Assembly (NCBI GenBank): GCA_000934665.2
Contig: JYFJ02003161.1
Coordinates: 1-45,576, forward strand
Length of the DNA: 45,576 nucleotides
Source: Catajapyx aquilonaris
Lineage: Eukaryota
Reading direction: 5' to 3'
This document shows positions 36,501 through 45,576 of the stretch, piece after piece. A model generated the notes under the pieces. The model made no database searches. It worked only from the letters and a program-made list of their open reading frames with translations, and was not told where the DNA came from. The first letter of the stretch is position 1. Each line of letters begins with the position of its first letter. The translations under genes were made by a program, and so were the position numbers.

Positions 36501-36919
36501 TAACATTAACCTTTAAAAACAAAAATGTACAATTGAATAAAAGCACATTTAAAATAAATGCAATTAAAAATGTGTAGCCTTTTTAACAGTTAAAAATATC
36601 TAGACTACTAATGTATTTAATAATATTTCTGGGGTGAACAATCTCTCGAACTGGATATTTGGTCGGTATAACATTAGCTCATCGGTGTTAACCACGTAGT
36701 TAATTGTTAATATAACAGAACCCTCATCTCCACACCCCCTGCCCTCCCTATCATAAAATTCACAGTACCGGCAACGTCTTAATATAAATCGATACACAGA
36801 GAGAGAGAGCCATCGATTCAAATTTGGTGACCCATAAAACAGTCGGCATAATACTGACCTGTGCAGCAGAAGCCGGCGATGACCACCAGCACCCCCGCAG
36901 CCCCCATGACCCCGGACAT
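15501..36919 (-). CDS. Ret: Ret proto-oncogene receptor tyrosine kinase ortholog, 13 coding exons, about 1134 aa
   Basis: complement(join(15501..15760,15818..15999,16174..16375,16624..16753,16912..17624,17707..17988,18582..19292,19415..19565,21434..21663,24250..24394,24673..24800,26711..26920,36859..36919)); all GT-AG, phases compatible, 3405 nt. Signal peptide followed by LGLYF; ELCF; cadherin motifs LDRE and DEDDNTP; Cys-rich domain ([10 protein letters not shown]...LCPQDC); one TM helix; kinase motifs [46 protein letters not shown]; tail DYLDL. Exon 1 and the last intron are less certain than the internal exons. Confidence 0.92.
16437..16542. repeat. Two overlapping near-perfect hairpins in a Ret kinase-domain intron
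   Basis: 17-bp stem 16437-16453/16457-16473, and ~37-bp stem 16468-16504/16506-16542 (TAGAATGAGTCAGTCGGGTGACTGTAGC-T-GCTACAGTCACCCGACTGACTCATTCTA core). Confidence 0.9.
18238..18400 (+). mobile_element. DINE-1/Helentron-like dispersed repeat, copy A
   Basis: GTCCGTCTGTCTGTCCGTCCGTGGACA microsatellite head, then ATCAGGGC...GACAAAC...GATTCGGAT...GGACCCTA...CAACTT; homologous to the reverse complement of 23065-23192. The GTCY microsatellite is typical of DINE-1/HINE elements; family call tentative. Confidence 0.55.
21050..21197 (-). mobile_element. Helitron-like dispersed repeat, copy 1
   Basis: Reverse complement reads ATAAAGCAGAAAGTTTGTCTGTATGT...GGCTACCTAA...AGTGCTGAAACTTGGC...GAAAAGTCC, shared with 31330-31560 and partly 27940-28160. 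The start resembles arthropod non-autonomous Helitron 5' ends. Confidence 0.55.
21752..22124. mobile_element. Tc1/pogo-like MITE with TA target duplication
   Basis: TA|CACGTCAATTGGGGTGAGATTGTGCCAG at left (GTGAGATTGTGCCAG duplicated subterminally) versus CGCTGGCACAATCTCACCCCGTTTCACTGG|TA at right. Confidence 0.65.
23065..23192 (-). mobile_element. DINE-1/Helentron-like dispersed repeat, copy B
   Basis: Inverted homolog of 18238-18400 (TGTCCACAGACAGACGGAC, GCCCTGAT, GTTTGTCG, ATCCGAATC, TAGGGTCC). Confidence 0.55.
24488..24640 (+). repeat. Dispersed ~150-bp repeat, copy A (Ret intron 3)
   Basis: CAACGACGCAAACG...CATTTTGTT...AGCGTTG...AAATAAGTAT...TCATTGATAATGCCAACC...GCTGCGTGAACTG...GTGCGCACT is shared with 31093-31249. 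Confidence 0.75.
25646..25715. mobile_element. 70-bp Tc1/mariner-type MITE with TA TSD
   Basis: TA|CAAGGTGACTCAGAAACTGC ... GCAGTTTCTGAATCACCCTG|TA; 20-bp imperfect TIRs. Confidence 0.7.
27940..28160 (-). mobile_element. Helitron-like dispersed repeat, copy 2 (diverged)
   Basis: Reverse complement contains AAAGTTTGT...GGCTACCTAACCCACTT...AGTGATGAAATTTGG...GTTTGGTGTTTCATCTGCGGC, matching 31330-31560. Confidence 0.5.
31093..31249 (+). repeat. Dispersed ~150-bp repeat, copy B (Ret intron 1)
   Basis: Direct homolog of 24488-24640. Confidence 0.75.
31330..31560 (+). mobile_element. Helitron-like dispersed repeat, copy 3
   Basis: TATAAAGCAGAAAGTTTGTTGGTAT...GGCTACCTAACCCACTT...AGTGCTGAAACTTGGC...GAAAAGTCC...GTTTGGTGTCTTATCTGCAGC. 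Confidence 0.55.
34186..34285. mobile_element. MITE with GGG...CCC termini (PIF/Harbinger-like), copy 1
   Basis: GGGTGGAATTTTCGTCCCACTG ... CAGTGGGACGAAAATTCCACCC, flanked by AAA on both sides; same family as 36096-36204. Confidence 0.75.
36096..36204. mobile_element. MITE with GGG...CCC termini, copy 2 (~39-bp TIRs)
   Basis: GGGTGTAATTTTCGTCCCACTGCTAGTTACTGCTAACTT ... AAGTTAGCAGTAACTAGCAGTGGGACGAGAATTCCACCC. Confidence 0.8.
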
Positions 36920-37054
36920 TAGGTCACCCCCAGGTCAACCAGACAGGCCACCCACCCACCCCCTGTGGGGTCCTCCTCCAAAAATATAAGCCAATATTTT
37001 GGTAGGGGTTGTGGGAATATCCCGCCGGGGAAAAAGCCAGTCAAAATGCAAAAG

Positions 37055-37182
37055 GGTCCTTCCCGCGTGGCCGTCTCCGACACAACTGATCAATTTTTAC
37101 GGGGGGGTTGGTCGCAGGTGGGGGAGGGGAGGGGAAGGGGAGGGGGAAGGGGGGGAAGGTACCACGAGGCATGGTGACGTCA
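37055..37182 (-). promoter_or_regulatory. Candidate Ret core promoter
   Basis: Arthropod Inr consensus TCAGTT on the minus strand at 37084-37089, about 170 nt upstream of the ATG with no intervening ATG; DPE-like GGACC at about +29; G/C tract 37101-37159; CRE palindrome TGACGTCA at 37175-37182. Short motifs only. Confidence 0.35.
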
Positions 37183-37666
37183 CGACGGACGCCCATGTCT
37201 CATTGGACGACGGTTGTTCCCCCAGGTGACTAGAGGAGCATCGCACGTGCTCAGTGTAGGCTATTGTACTACGGGGAGTTACGCTCACTATTTATTCATT
37301 GTAAGAAAATGTGTTCAAAAGTTGTGTAATAATAAATTCGCTTCAATATATGTGCCTCTGTCTGGGGCGAGTGGGAAAATGCGCCATGTATGTGAGGGAC
37401 ACGGTACTACCTACGTCAGTTTTGCCACTATATGGCAATGGGGTTACCCAGCACCTGATAACAACATTACAAAAATACTAATATTAGTATGGATTATTAT
37501 CCATCTTTCATATTAAAATCGGAGAGAAGTTGCGCCTGACATTGCTGCAAACCCGTACAGCAAAAGAGGCGCATTGGTTACATACAAGTCAGGATAAGCT
37601 CCAAGGACATCGCCAGAGGATATTCCTGCCTTCTACTGGTCAAGTTGGGCGTGTATGTGTGATCAG

Positions 37667-38018
37667 GTCTTGACTAAGGTCTGGGGACGGAAGTCTGTGG
37701 TTTTACTGTAGCTGTGGGGACCAGTTCCAATTGTGGGGACATTTGTCGGTCCCCACAGTCTCACACACGCGAAGTGTACCATTACAGTGGGGACATGTGT
37801 AAATTAGTGGGGACATGTCCCCACTATTTTCATTTGTAGGTTTTCACAAAAGTTCATTTTTCTCAGCCTAGGTTACTTAGGGTAGGGTAGGTTAGGTAGG
37901 ATAGGTTAGGTAAGGTTAGGTTAGGTTAGGTTAGGTTAGGTTAGGTTAGGTTAGGTTAGATCAGTTTACACTCGCAGTGAAAAGTGATCAATGTCCGTCC
38001 CCACGCCTTAGTCAAGAC
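37667..38018. mobile_element. Non-autonomous TIR element containing an internal (TTAGG)n tract
   Basis: TIRs GTCTTGACTAAGGTCTGGGGACGGA / TCCGTCCCCACGCCTTAGTCAAGAC; multiple internal TGGGGAC motifs in both orientations; degenerate-to-perfect TTAGG array at about 37869-37959. Confidence 0.75.
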
Positions 38019-38097
38019 AAGAGTCATTGTGTATGTATGTATGTATGTACTGTACACAGTATTCGGCATTGAATGTCTATGAATTGTTGAGCATATG

Positions 38098-38306
38098 CAG
38101 GGTGTGTCAACTTTTTTGTCCGAACAGTTATCGGAAATATTGCACTAAGTTGCTACTTTGTAAGCAGTGTATGCCACTTCAACCTAAGATTCGCAGGAAA
38201 TATTCCCCATTCCTCCGACAAACCAGTTGCAAGTCACTGCTTACAAAGTAGAAGCTTAGCGCAATATTTCCGATAACTGTTCGGACAAAAAAGTTGAAAC
38301 CCCTTG
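38098..38306. mobile_element. Tc1/mariner-type MITE with ~70-bp TIRs
   Basis: CAGGGTGTGTCAACTTTTTTGTCCGAACAGTTATCGGAAATATTGC...CTACTTTGTAAGCAGTG versus CACTGCTTACAAAGTAG...GCAATATTTCCGATAACTGTTCGGACAAAAAAGTTGAAACCCCTTG|TA. Confidence 0.8.
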
Positions 38307-41220
38307 TATGTGGGTTATATAGATAAATACAGGGTAGCACATATTATTTGCTATTAGTGTCGACTAGTCATAATGGATTTCGAGTACCCAGTTTGAAAAT
38401 TCGATAATTTCATTTTAAAAAATTAGAAGCAGTTCCAAGATGTTGTAAACTATCGCAAAACGATATCCGGGAAATAAAACAGAGTTGGATGCGGGCTACT
38501 TTGGCAATTTAGACGATAACCACTGCGATGTTATTGGAAAACAAACTTACGATCCATTCCTATATACTGTACTTCATTTAACTATACGCGACTATTTCGT
38601 GCCTGCACAGTCGTAAAAACCTGAAATTTTTACATTCCCACGACTTCCTAATGAATTAATCAATTACTCAATATTCCGTCTCTTTACACAGCTGCATGAA
38701 GCTCCCCTCTGTGCACCTTCCGTGTAGCGCATTACCCGGAGCAATTTTTCACTTTAGAAAATATTGCACCTCACGTTTTATCGCCAACACTTTCGCACCT
38801 GGTGAGAAACCAAGCACGTGATGCTCTGTTTGTCCCAAAAATCCGTGTCTGTTTTTTTTTTCAAATATACTATAGGAGGGGGGTTGGTGTTACAAAAAAA
38901 AAAAGAATCAGTGCTCATGATCGATCCTAGGTATCTCCGTGCAGGTGCTCCGCCTCTTTGCAACCATTTATGATGTGAATAGGTGGGTGGGGATCACCCC
39001 TCGGATTAGTAACAAAAAAAATTAACACAAAAATCCTTCCACGTGGAAGAACCACGCCCACCCATCACCAAAGGTAACCGCCTCCTCACATCACAACACA
39101 TACATATACACGAAGTAGGAGGGACGTGATTCTAGGAAATAAAGTTGTGCGTGGGAGTATTTTGGCAGGCTCGATTAATCTAAACGGGGGGGAGTCTTTA
39201 GTCTCATAAGAAATATGTATATATAATAGTAAAAATGGAATCGGATTTCTAGGAAAAAGCGGAAAAAACTATTATGATATAGCTAGGGATGAAATAGTGG
39301 CTAGCTTTTATGAGCGCGATTGCACGTAGTACGTGTCACTTCCGGAGATTTAGTAAGCAATTAAGGCGCCTCTTGGCATAGGGGGGAAAACAGCGGGGTG
39401 TATGGGCCAGCAAAGTCCTTAAATCTTGTGGGTAATTTGGATTTGACGGGTTGAAAGCGGTGTTACCGCATATGACATCGTATAGAGAGAGCCGTTTAAA
39501 TTCAATTAGGATAACTAGACGTGATGGCATTTTTAAAAAAATTGCAGAAATTGAATGATAGTAAAATACCTATTTGTCACCTCCGTCCTTGTTCAAGTGG
39601 ACATAACTACCAACAATCAGTCGATGTCAAAGTACGTGCAAGCCAAACATGCTGAGGGTAATATTATGTAACACACCGGATTTTGTTCCCTGATAAAGAT
39701 CATGCACGTAATATCCTCCAAGCACGTCAAACACCCGCGCTATATTATTTTTCACTAACCCCGCACAGGAATGTAGAAACTCTTACTAAGAAGTTGATCC
39801 GAAAATATATTTTTTTTAGTTCTAATGCAAGAGTTCGTACGATTCTGACTCATCGTCGCACCCACTCGTTTTAAACAATTCTTGCATTGCATAAAGTCAT
39901 GCCAGTTATGACACGTTGTAATATTATATTTTCAAACATTACTGCATGTGATAAAATCTGTATATGTTTATACATAAAATTGAAACATTTTCGCTATAAC
40001 AAATATTATGCAATTTCAAATGAATATTATTTGTGACTTGAAAATAGTTTGACTTGTCAATTCATTGTGAGACAAGACATTCTCAGGTGTTCACATAAAA
40101 TCCTCCCAAAATATTGATAACCAACAGAAATTTTCAAAACCTAAATAAATACAAATGCTATTGTTCCATCATTTTCAAATGATTGGAGGTCAGGTGTGTA
40201 CCAACACCTATCTGGATTTTTAAACGACATGTTGCGACCACATTACACAGATTGTAACTGACGCCATCGATTTTTTTTAAAGAGTTGCACCATCCTTTAG
40301 TAATTACACACTGCATTGCGCCATGACGTGTAACCTCCCCGAATAATGACCCTATAAAAATGCATGTGCTCCACCACTAAATAGCCTCATAATCCGGACT
40401 GATAGCCCCCCGTGTCTTACATCCACTATTCTAATATACACTGACACGTTACATCCGAGACACTCTTCAGAAAATATAAACCTTTAAACCGGATTACCGT
40501 CTATTATAAGCCCGCTCATGTTCAGAATTTCTCAAGGGCTAGATTTCCACCGAAATCGACCTCGGAAAAATGAAATTAGCCTCCGAAAATCCAGTTGGGT
40601 GCAACCCAGGTTTTGATAAGAAGGTGGGGGGGCTTAACCAACCCACGTCCTGAAATCCCCCCCCCCCCTCCTAAGAGATGATGGATGGTGTTCAAAAGGC
40701 AAAAGAGCAGAGTCGGAAGAGAAGGTAAGTCCCACCACACGCCAAGCCTAGCTCCACTTCCTTTTAGCGTGCAAACCATTCATTCACAGACCAGCAAAGG
40801 TTTAGAGAGAAAAAAAATAAGATATAATTGTAATAAAAGGTTTGCCCTCGGGTCGTCGTCCACGCCCACGCACAAGTCAATTTTTCTGCATTAAGCTAAA
40901 ACCGGATTTAATTTCCAGGTTGCAATGTTGCCCTTGGAGTCCAGTGCAATTTATTGGAAAATGTATGTATAGGTGGTGGTGCATGTAATAAATTGCAGTT
41001 CAGAGGAAGAGGGTGAAGAAACCATTTGGTGTCGTGCATAGCTACCCTTTGCCAGCTTAACCCACTAATCCCTAGACACCTACGCGGTGGTAAATCACGA
41101 GTATGACAGAACAGTAACCTTTGGCTTCGTTTCAGGATATACGTTTGACCTTATAGCACATTTTGAGATTCCAACAAAAGTTATGCTGTAATAGTACAAG
41201 ACAAACTAAACATAAAAAAA

Positions 41221-41292
41221 TTCCGGTACCGGGAATCGAACCCGGGCCTCCCGGGTGAGAGCCGGGTATCCTAACCACTAGACAATACCGGA
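41221..41292 (-). tRNA. tRNA-Glu (anticodon CTC)
   Basis: TCCGGTATTGTCTAGTGGTTAGGATACCCGGCTCTCACCCGGGAGGCCCGGGTTCGATTCCCGGTACCGGAA; 72 nt, cloverleaf, A/B boxes, poly-T terminator directly downstream. Confidence 0.97.
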
Positions 41293-41758
41293 TATCTGAA
41301 TAAGAGTTCATACGATACATGTAATAACATCAATGACTACGACATCTAATTCATTACATGATCGGGTCAAGTTGGGGTCAAGCCATATAAGATGGCATAA
41401 GTCCAACTTGTCATGTACTGAGGAGATAAATCTGACATTTTGTTCCCGCATCATTATAGCCTGCAATATAGAAATTTGATTATAATTTTGGACAATGGAA
41501 AATAAAGCGAAATTCGTCCATATAGCTTAACGGGTGGAAATTATTCCATCAAATGCATTTAATGTTCACATAACAGCGAGTCAGTAAAATACGGTAAAAT
41601 ATGGACGTGATCTCTCATTGCACAATATGCGACAATATGCGTACATGATGAAAAGAATAAGCCCCATGCCCCAAAGGGTATGAAAATAAAATTAATTAAT
41701 TAATGAATAATGAATAAGAGAATCGTGGAGTTCTATTATTGCTTGTTTTAAAAAATGA

Positions 41759-41830
41759 TTCCGGTACCGGGAATCGAACCCGGGCCTCCCGGGTGAGAGC
41801 CGGGTATCCTAACCACTAGACCATACCGGA
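41759..41830 (-). tRNA. tRNA-Glu (anticodon CTC)
   Basis: 72-nt copy TCCGGTATGGTCTAGTGG...GGTACCGGAA, with a T-run 3 nt downstream. Confidence 0.97.
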
Positions 41831-42228
41831 GATCTGGATAAGTACCATTCGTATGATCTATAGTAAGTAAGGTCAAACATTGCGATGGCCGAGTCAAGCG
41901 ATAATGAGGCATACGTTCAGCTTGTCATGCTGAAAAGATATCAAATCTGACTTTTTTGCACATCATTATAACCTGCAATACAGAAATTATTTGATTTTTT
42001 AAATGATGGAAAACCCCCGCGAAGAGAGTGAAATTCAACTTATGTAGTTGTTCACTTGTTCTTATAAAGGAGAATGCATGGTATGTTTATGTAACAACTA
42101 GTCATTTTATCCTTAACAAAATTTAGAAATGAACTTCTCATTACATAACTTATTGTATGGGTAATGAATAGGCAAATCGTAAACACGTTATATACTGATG
42201 GTAATTTGTTTATTTGAAGAAAAAAAAA

Positions 42229-42300
42229 TTCCGGTACCGGGAATCGAACCCGGGCCTCCCGGGTGAGAGCCGGGTATCCTAACCACTAGACCATACCGGA
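42229..42300 (-). tRNA. tRNA-Glu (anticodon CTC)
   Basis: 72-nt copy identical to 41759-41830, followed by a T9 terminator. Confidence 0.97.
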
Positions 42301-43331
42301 CCTTATGATCATGCTAACCGCAATCACAAACTTGATGGTAATCCTTGCGAGAAATGAGTTTTTGAGGGCGTCTTGATTTAAACCTTTCTCTGAAATTGAC
42401 CGTAATTGCACCATCATAAAACTGGGTCAACAACAGCTAAGTGCTAATGATGATCGTTTTAATTTCATGATTTCATGCCGTTGCTTTTATTTTTTGCATA
42501 ACAACTTTTTATTGTGCTTTTAAATGGCCCCAAGTTCTGAAGCGGCAATTGGCTCAATTAAACCTCGTAACTCTGGCAGATCCACCCAAAAATGTCAATT
42601 CATTAGCTCCAATCTCCAAGCACTGCATTTACAGTTCTGGGAATGGTCATGCTGCTTCTTCATCAGCACAGTATCCTCGGGATAGCACACTCTCTTTGTT
42701 GAGGGGGGAATATAGTGCGCGTATCTGTGGTCGGACAGGCATCCAATTCCCTGAGTGCACATGGAGGAAGGAAGCGACGCAATGAAGTCTCTAACTGCCT
42801 CCAGCCACATCCGTCCCCAGGATATTCTAATATTCTCCAAGAGCCCTGCGGAATTGCCGACCATTACGGCGCGGGTCTAACTGTGGAACTTACTGGCGGA
42901 CAATAAAGGGCCGTCCAGCTCAACCAAGGGCACGCACATGGTTAAGGTCACCATCGTGATTCAAAAAAAGGAGAGTTCAAAAGCACCATCTAATTGAACT
43001 GCCAGTCACACGTCGAAAGGAATTTATATTATTTTTACATGATCGTAAAATATTTACATTTACGTACAGTAGTACAACATTTACTTTATTTGTGTTAAAA
43101 GTGTAGAATGGTGGACTGATATCCAGCGCCGTGTGGTGGACACTGAACAGACTGAGTCCAATGCGACTGTGTGCTGCTCATAGATGGAGACGCTCTTCGC
43201 ATCGTGTGCACAATATAGTATAGCCAAATATTCGTAGATAGTAATATTACTTATTATGCGTTCGCGTTTGTTAACAGTAAACGATAAGTCACAAGATTAA
43301 CTACATGAAGGAGACACAAACAAACAAAAAG

Positions 43332-43403
43332 TTCCGGAACCGGGAATCGAACCCGGGCCTCCCGGGTGAGAGCCGGGTATCCTAACCACTAGACCATACC
43401 GGA
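43332..43403 (-). tRNA. tRNA-Glu (anticodon CTC), acceptor-stem variant
   Basis: 72-nt copy ending GGTTCCGGAA instead of GGTACCGGAA, giving a U:U mismatch at acceptor-stem pair 6; T5 terminator. Confidence 0.92.
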
Positions 43404-44426
43404 TAGGTGAAGACACTGGTTTCGTTTGATCCATGTAATGTCAACCTGCAATGTCAAGGTGTACTTTCGATTTATGCTCATTGGTGCTTATCTGGTGGAC
43501 CATCCTCGTTTTTAAGCAAAATGATCAATATTTTTAAAAGTTCTTCGCATAACCTGCCTTCGACACTTAGGCCTACTTGGTGACAAACTGCTGTATAATT
43601 ACAGTGCGCATGTGACGGGTACATGGGTAAATAGTGGGGAAAAAACCTGCAATTTCATGTCCCAGCTAATTTCTGGACTTATTACAACATCTGAAAACCA
43701 GGATAACATGCTAAGAAATAAGATTGCAACTTGCAGAATACGGGGCACATAACAAATATGTACTGAGAAAATTATTTCGTGTTTTTCTTTAGACCACAGA
43801 GAGCGACATGTCACGTCCACAGGCGCCCCTATAGGCGGGGTCAGATGTTCAAGGACGTGATTTTAATAACCTATTTGAATGTTTTGGACCATCTATACCA
43901 TGTTTCTAATGCACTCATAGCTGTATACACTACTTATTGTCAGATGTAAGCAATAGGTCTCGAGTATACTCTGAATTTCCACATTTCTTGTTTCATTGCA
44001 TTTGAAGCGATTTGAAGTATTACTTACTGTACATTTATATTGCGAACTGTGCTAGCCACTTGGTTCGGTTCTACACCTTGTGCCACACTTAGTTCGTCAA
44101 GGTGAAGTAGACTATGTGCAGTATTCTCAACTGATACAGCTATAGGTACAGCATTTTTCTAATTTATATAAAAAAAGTGAAATATAGGTCTATGATCTCG
44201 GCGGTTATTTTTGTGGGAACACCGAGGTAATAACTATTTTTATTTATAAAAATTATTTCTTTAGAGGACATTTACAGTTAAAAAAAAATTAAATTGCGCC
44301 TTTTTTTCGCTATTGACCCACATGTGAAAATTAATCTGCTACGATCGCGTTGCATTAGTATAATGACAGAAACTGAAATTTAAATATAAATACCAATCAG
44401 TCGAATAAAGAACTAAGTGAAAAAAA

Positions 44427-44498
44427 TTCCGGTACCGGGAATCGAACCCGGGCCTCCCGGGTGAGAGCCGGGTATCCTAACCACTAGACCATACCGGA
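44427..44498 (-). tRNA. tRNA-Glu (anticodon CTC)
   Basis: 72-nt copy identical to 41759-41830, with a T7 terminator. Confidence 0.97.
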
Positions 44499-44671
44499 TA
44501 TCTGAAGAAGAGTTCATACGATACATGTAATAACATCAATGACTGCGACGTCTAATTCATTACATGACTGGGTTAAGCCATAATAATGCATAAGTCCAAC
44601 TCGTCATCATGTGCTGAGGAGATAAATCTGACATCATCATTATAGCCTGCAATAGAGAAACTTGCAAGGGG

Positions 44672-45576
44672 TTAACCACTTTGGTACTCCGGTGCACACC
44701 TGCAGTGGCACTCGTCGGTATACTCTTCGGTACTCCTTGAATTTGGTAGGCTACTCCAGTGTACACTCTTAGTCCGGTCACCTTTAATATCCCCTTTAGA
44801 GTTGTTTTAAAGGTGATCCGTAATGCGGCAGTAGGGAATTATAGGGGATTCGTTGAATAAAGGTGACAGGAGGAAGTAATTTCCGCATCAATAAAGGTGA
44901 CGTCAATGTATAGGGGACAATGACAGGAGGATTTTAAGGTGACACAGGTTTAGAGGTGACGTGCTGAGATGGGAGCTGCCGTGGTCACCTTTAAACGGGA
45001 AATATCACCTCTAAATCAAAATTGGCAGGATCGTGACGTCAGTGGTCACGTGACTGTTGCTGACATTTTGCAAATGGCCGCTGCTGGACCAGGGAACAAG
45101 TTCGCTTCTCCCTGGGCTGGACGCCGGTGACGGTGACTGTGACTGCCACTCTGCCAGTGCTTGAGGTGAGGTTGGAAAGGTTGGTGAGGAACGGGGCCGT
45201 GCAGACGGGCCAAGCTTAGCCGCGGCTGGCCGCGGCTGCGACGGTTCACACCACGGTCGGTTCACACCTAGCGGCCCCCTAGCAACGCCCGGCCAGGCCA
45301 CGGGCCAACTTCCTGGAAGTTGGCCAGGGCCGAGACCAGCTTGGCCCGTCTGCACTACCTCAGTGGCCTGGGCCTGGCCCGACAGGGGATTGCCACTGCA
45401 GTGTGCAGGTCAGTTTGGTGTGTTGCTCTCAGTGTTTCGACCATGCTTCCAAGCCGGGTATGTTTTTTGTCAGGCTTCTTTTTGTGTTCTCCTTGCTGTG
45501 TTGCACCTGTTGCGCGGCTGTTGTGACCAGCAGTTGACTGCCAGTGCTTGAGGTCAGCTTGGTGACACAGGGGCCG
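44672..45576. mobile_element. Probable end of a DNA transposon (possibly piggyBac-like) running off the window
   Basis: Homology to the tRNA flank at 41293-41480 stops abruptly at about 44665, followed by AAGGGG-TTAA-CCACTTT. Repeated (GG)TACTCC and AAGGTGAC/GTCACCTTT motifs in both orientations (44777-45013), then a GC-rich segment with a repeated TGCCAGTGCTTGAGGT. Confidence 0.4.

Noticed and set aside
27000..36800. Many 60-125 aa ORFs in Ret intron 1 (possible nested genes)
   Set aside because: No recognisable domains or consistent exon chains; lengths are compatible with chance.
37869..37959. TTAGG tract as a true telomere or fusion scar
   Set aside because: Short, single orientation and enclosed by TIRs.
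41132..41320. 62-aa ORF (VVRIPGSHPGGPGSIPGTG)
   Set aside because: It is the translation of a tRNA-Glu gene.
42549..42960. GC-richer segment with short ORFs between tRNA copies 3 and 4
   Set aside because: No frame gives a recognisable protein; it may be a TE or pseudogene fragment but I cannot support that.
45011..45551. Pro/Gly/Ala-rich ORFs at the right edge
   Set aside because: Low-complexity products of GC-rich repetitive DNA with no domain evidence.

Overview
Eukaryotic genomic DNA, probably from an arthropod (interstitial TTAGG tract, divergent ionotropic receptors, short GT-AG introns). Left to right: (1) a TE-rich block (1-5500) with a 627-aa NOF-FB/Mutator-like transposase ORF on the minus strand, nested perfect inverted repeats upstream of it, a hAT-like MITE, a 146-bp tandem repeat and an AT-rich hairpin; (2) a plus-strand tandem cluster of divergent ionotropic (chemosensory) receptor genes, made of one orphan last exon and two complete 3-exon genes; (3) a complete 13-exon Ret receptor tyrosine kinase gene on the minus strand (15501-36919, about 1134 aa, about 9.9-kb first intron, many intronic MITE/Helitron-like repeats) with several unusual kinase-domain residues; (4) MITEs, one carrying (TTAGG)n; (5) five minus-strand tRNA-Glu(CTC) genes; (6) a probable transposon end at the right edge. 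Exon structures were assembled by hand from splice signals and reading-frame phase. Family assignments come from remembered motifs, not database searches. I found no clearly new multi-gene system; the best leads are the NOF-FB-like element, the IR cluster dynamics and the atypical Ret kinase.
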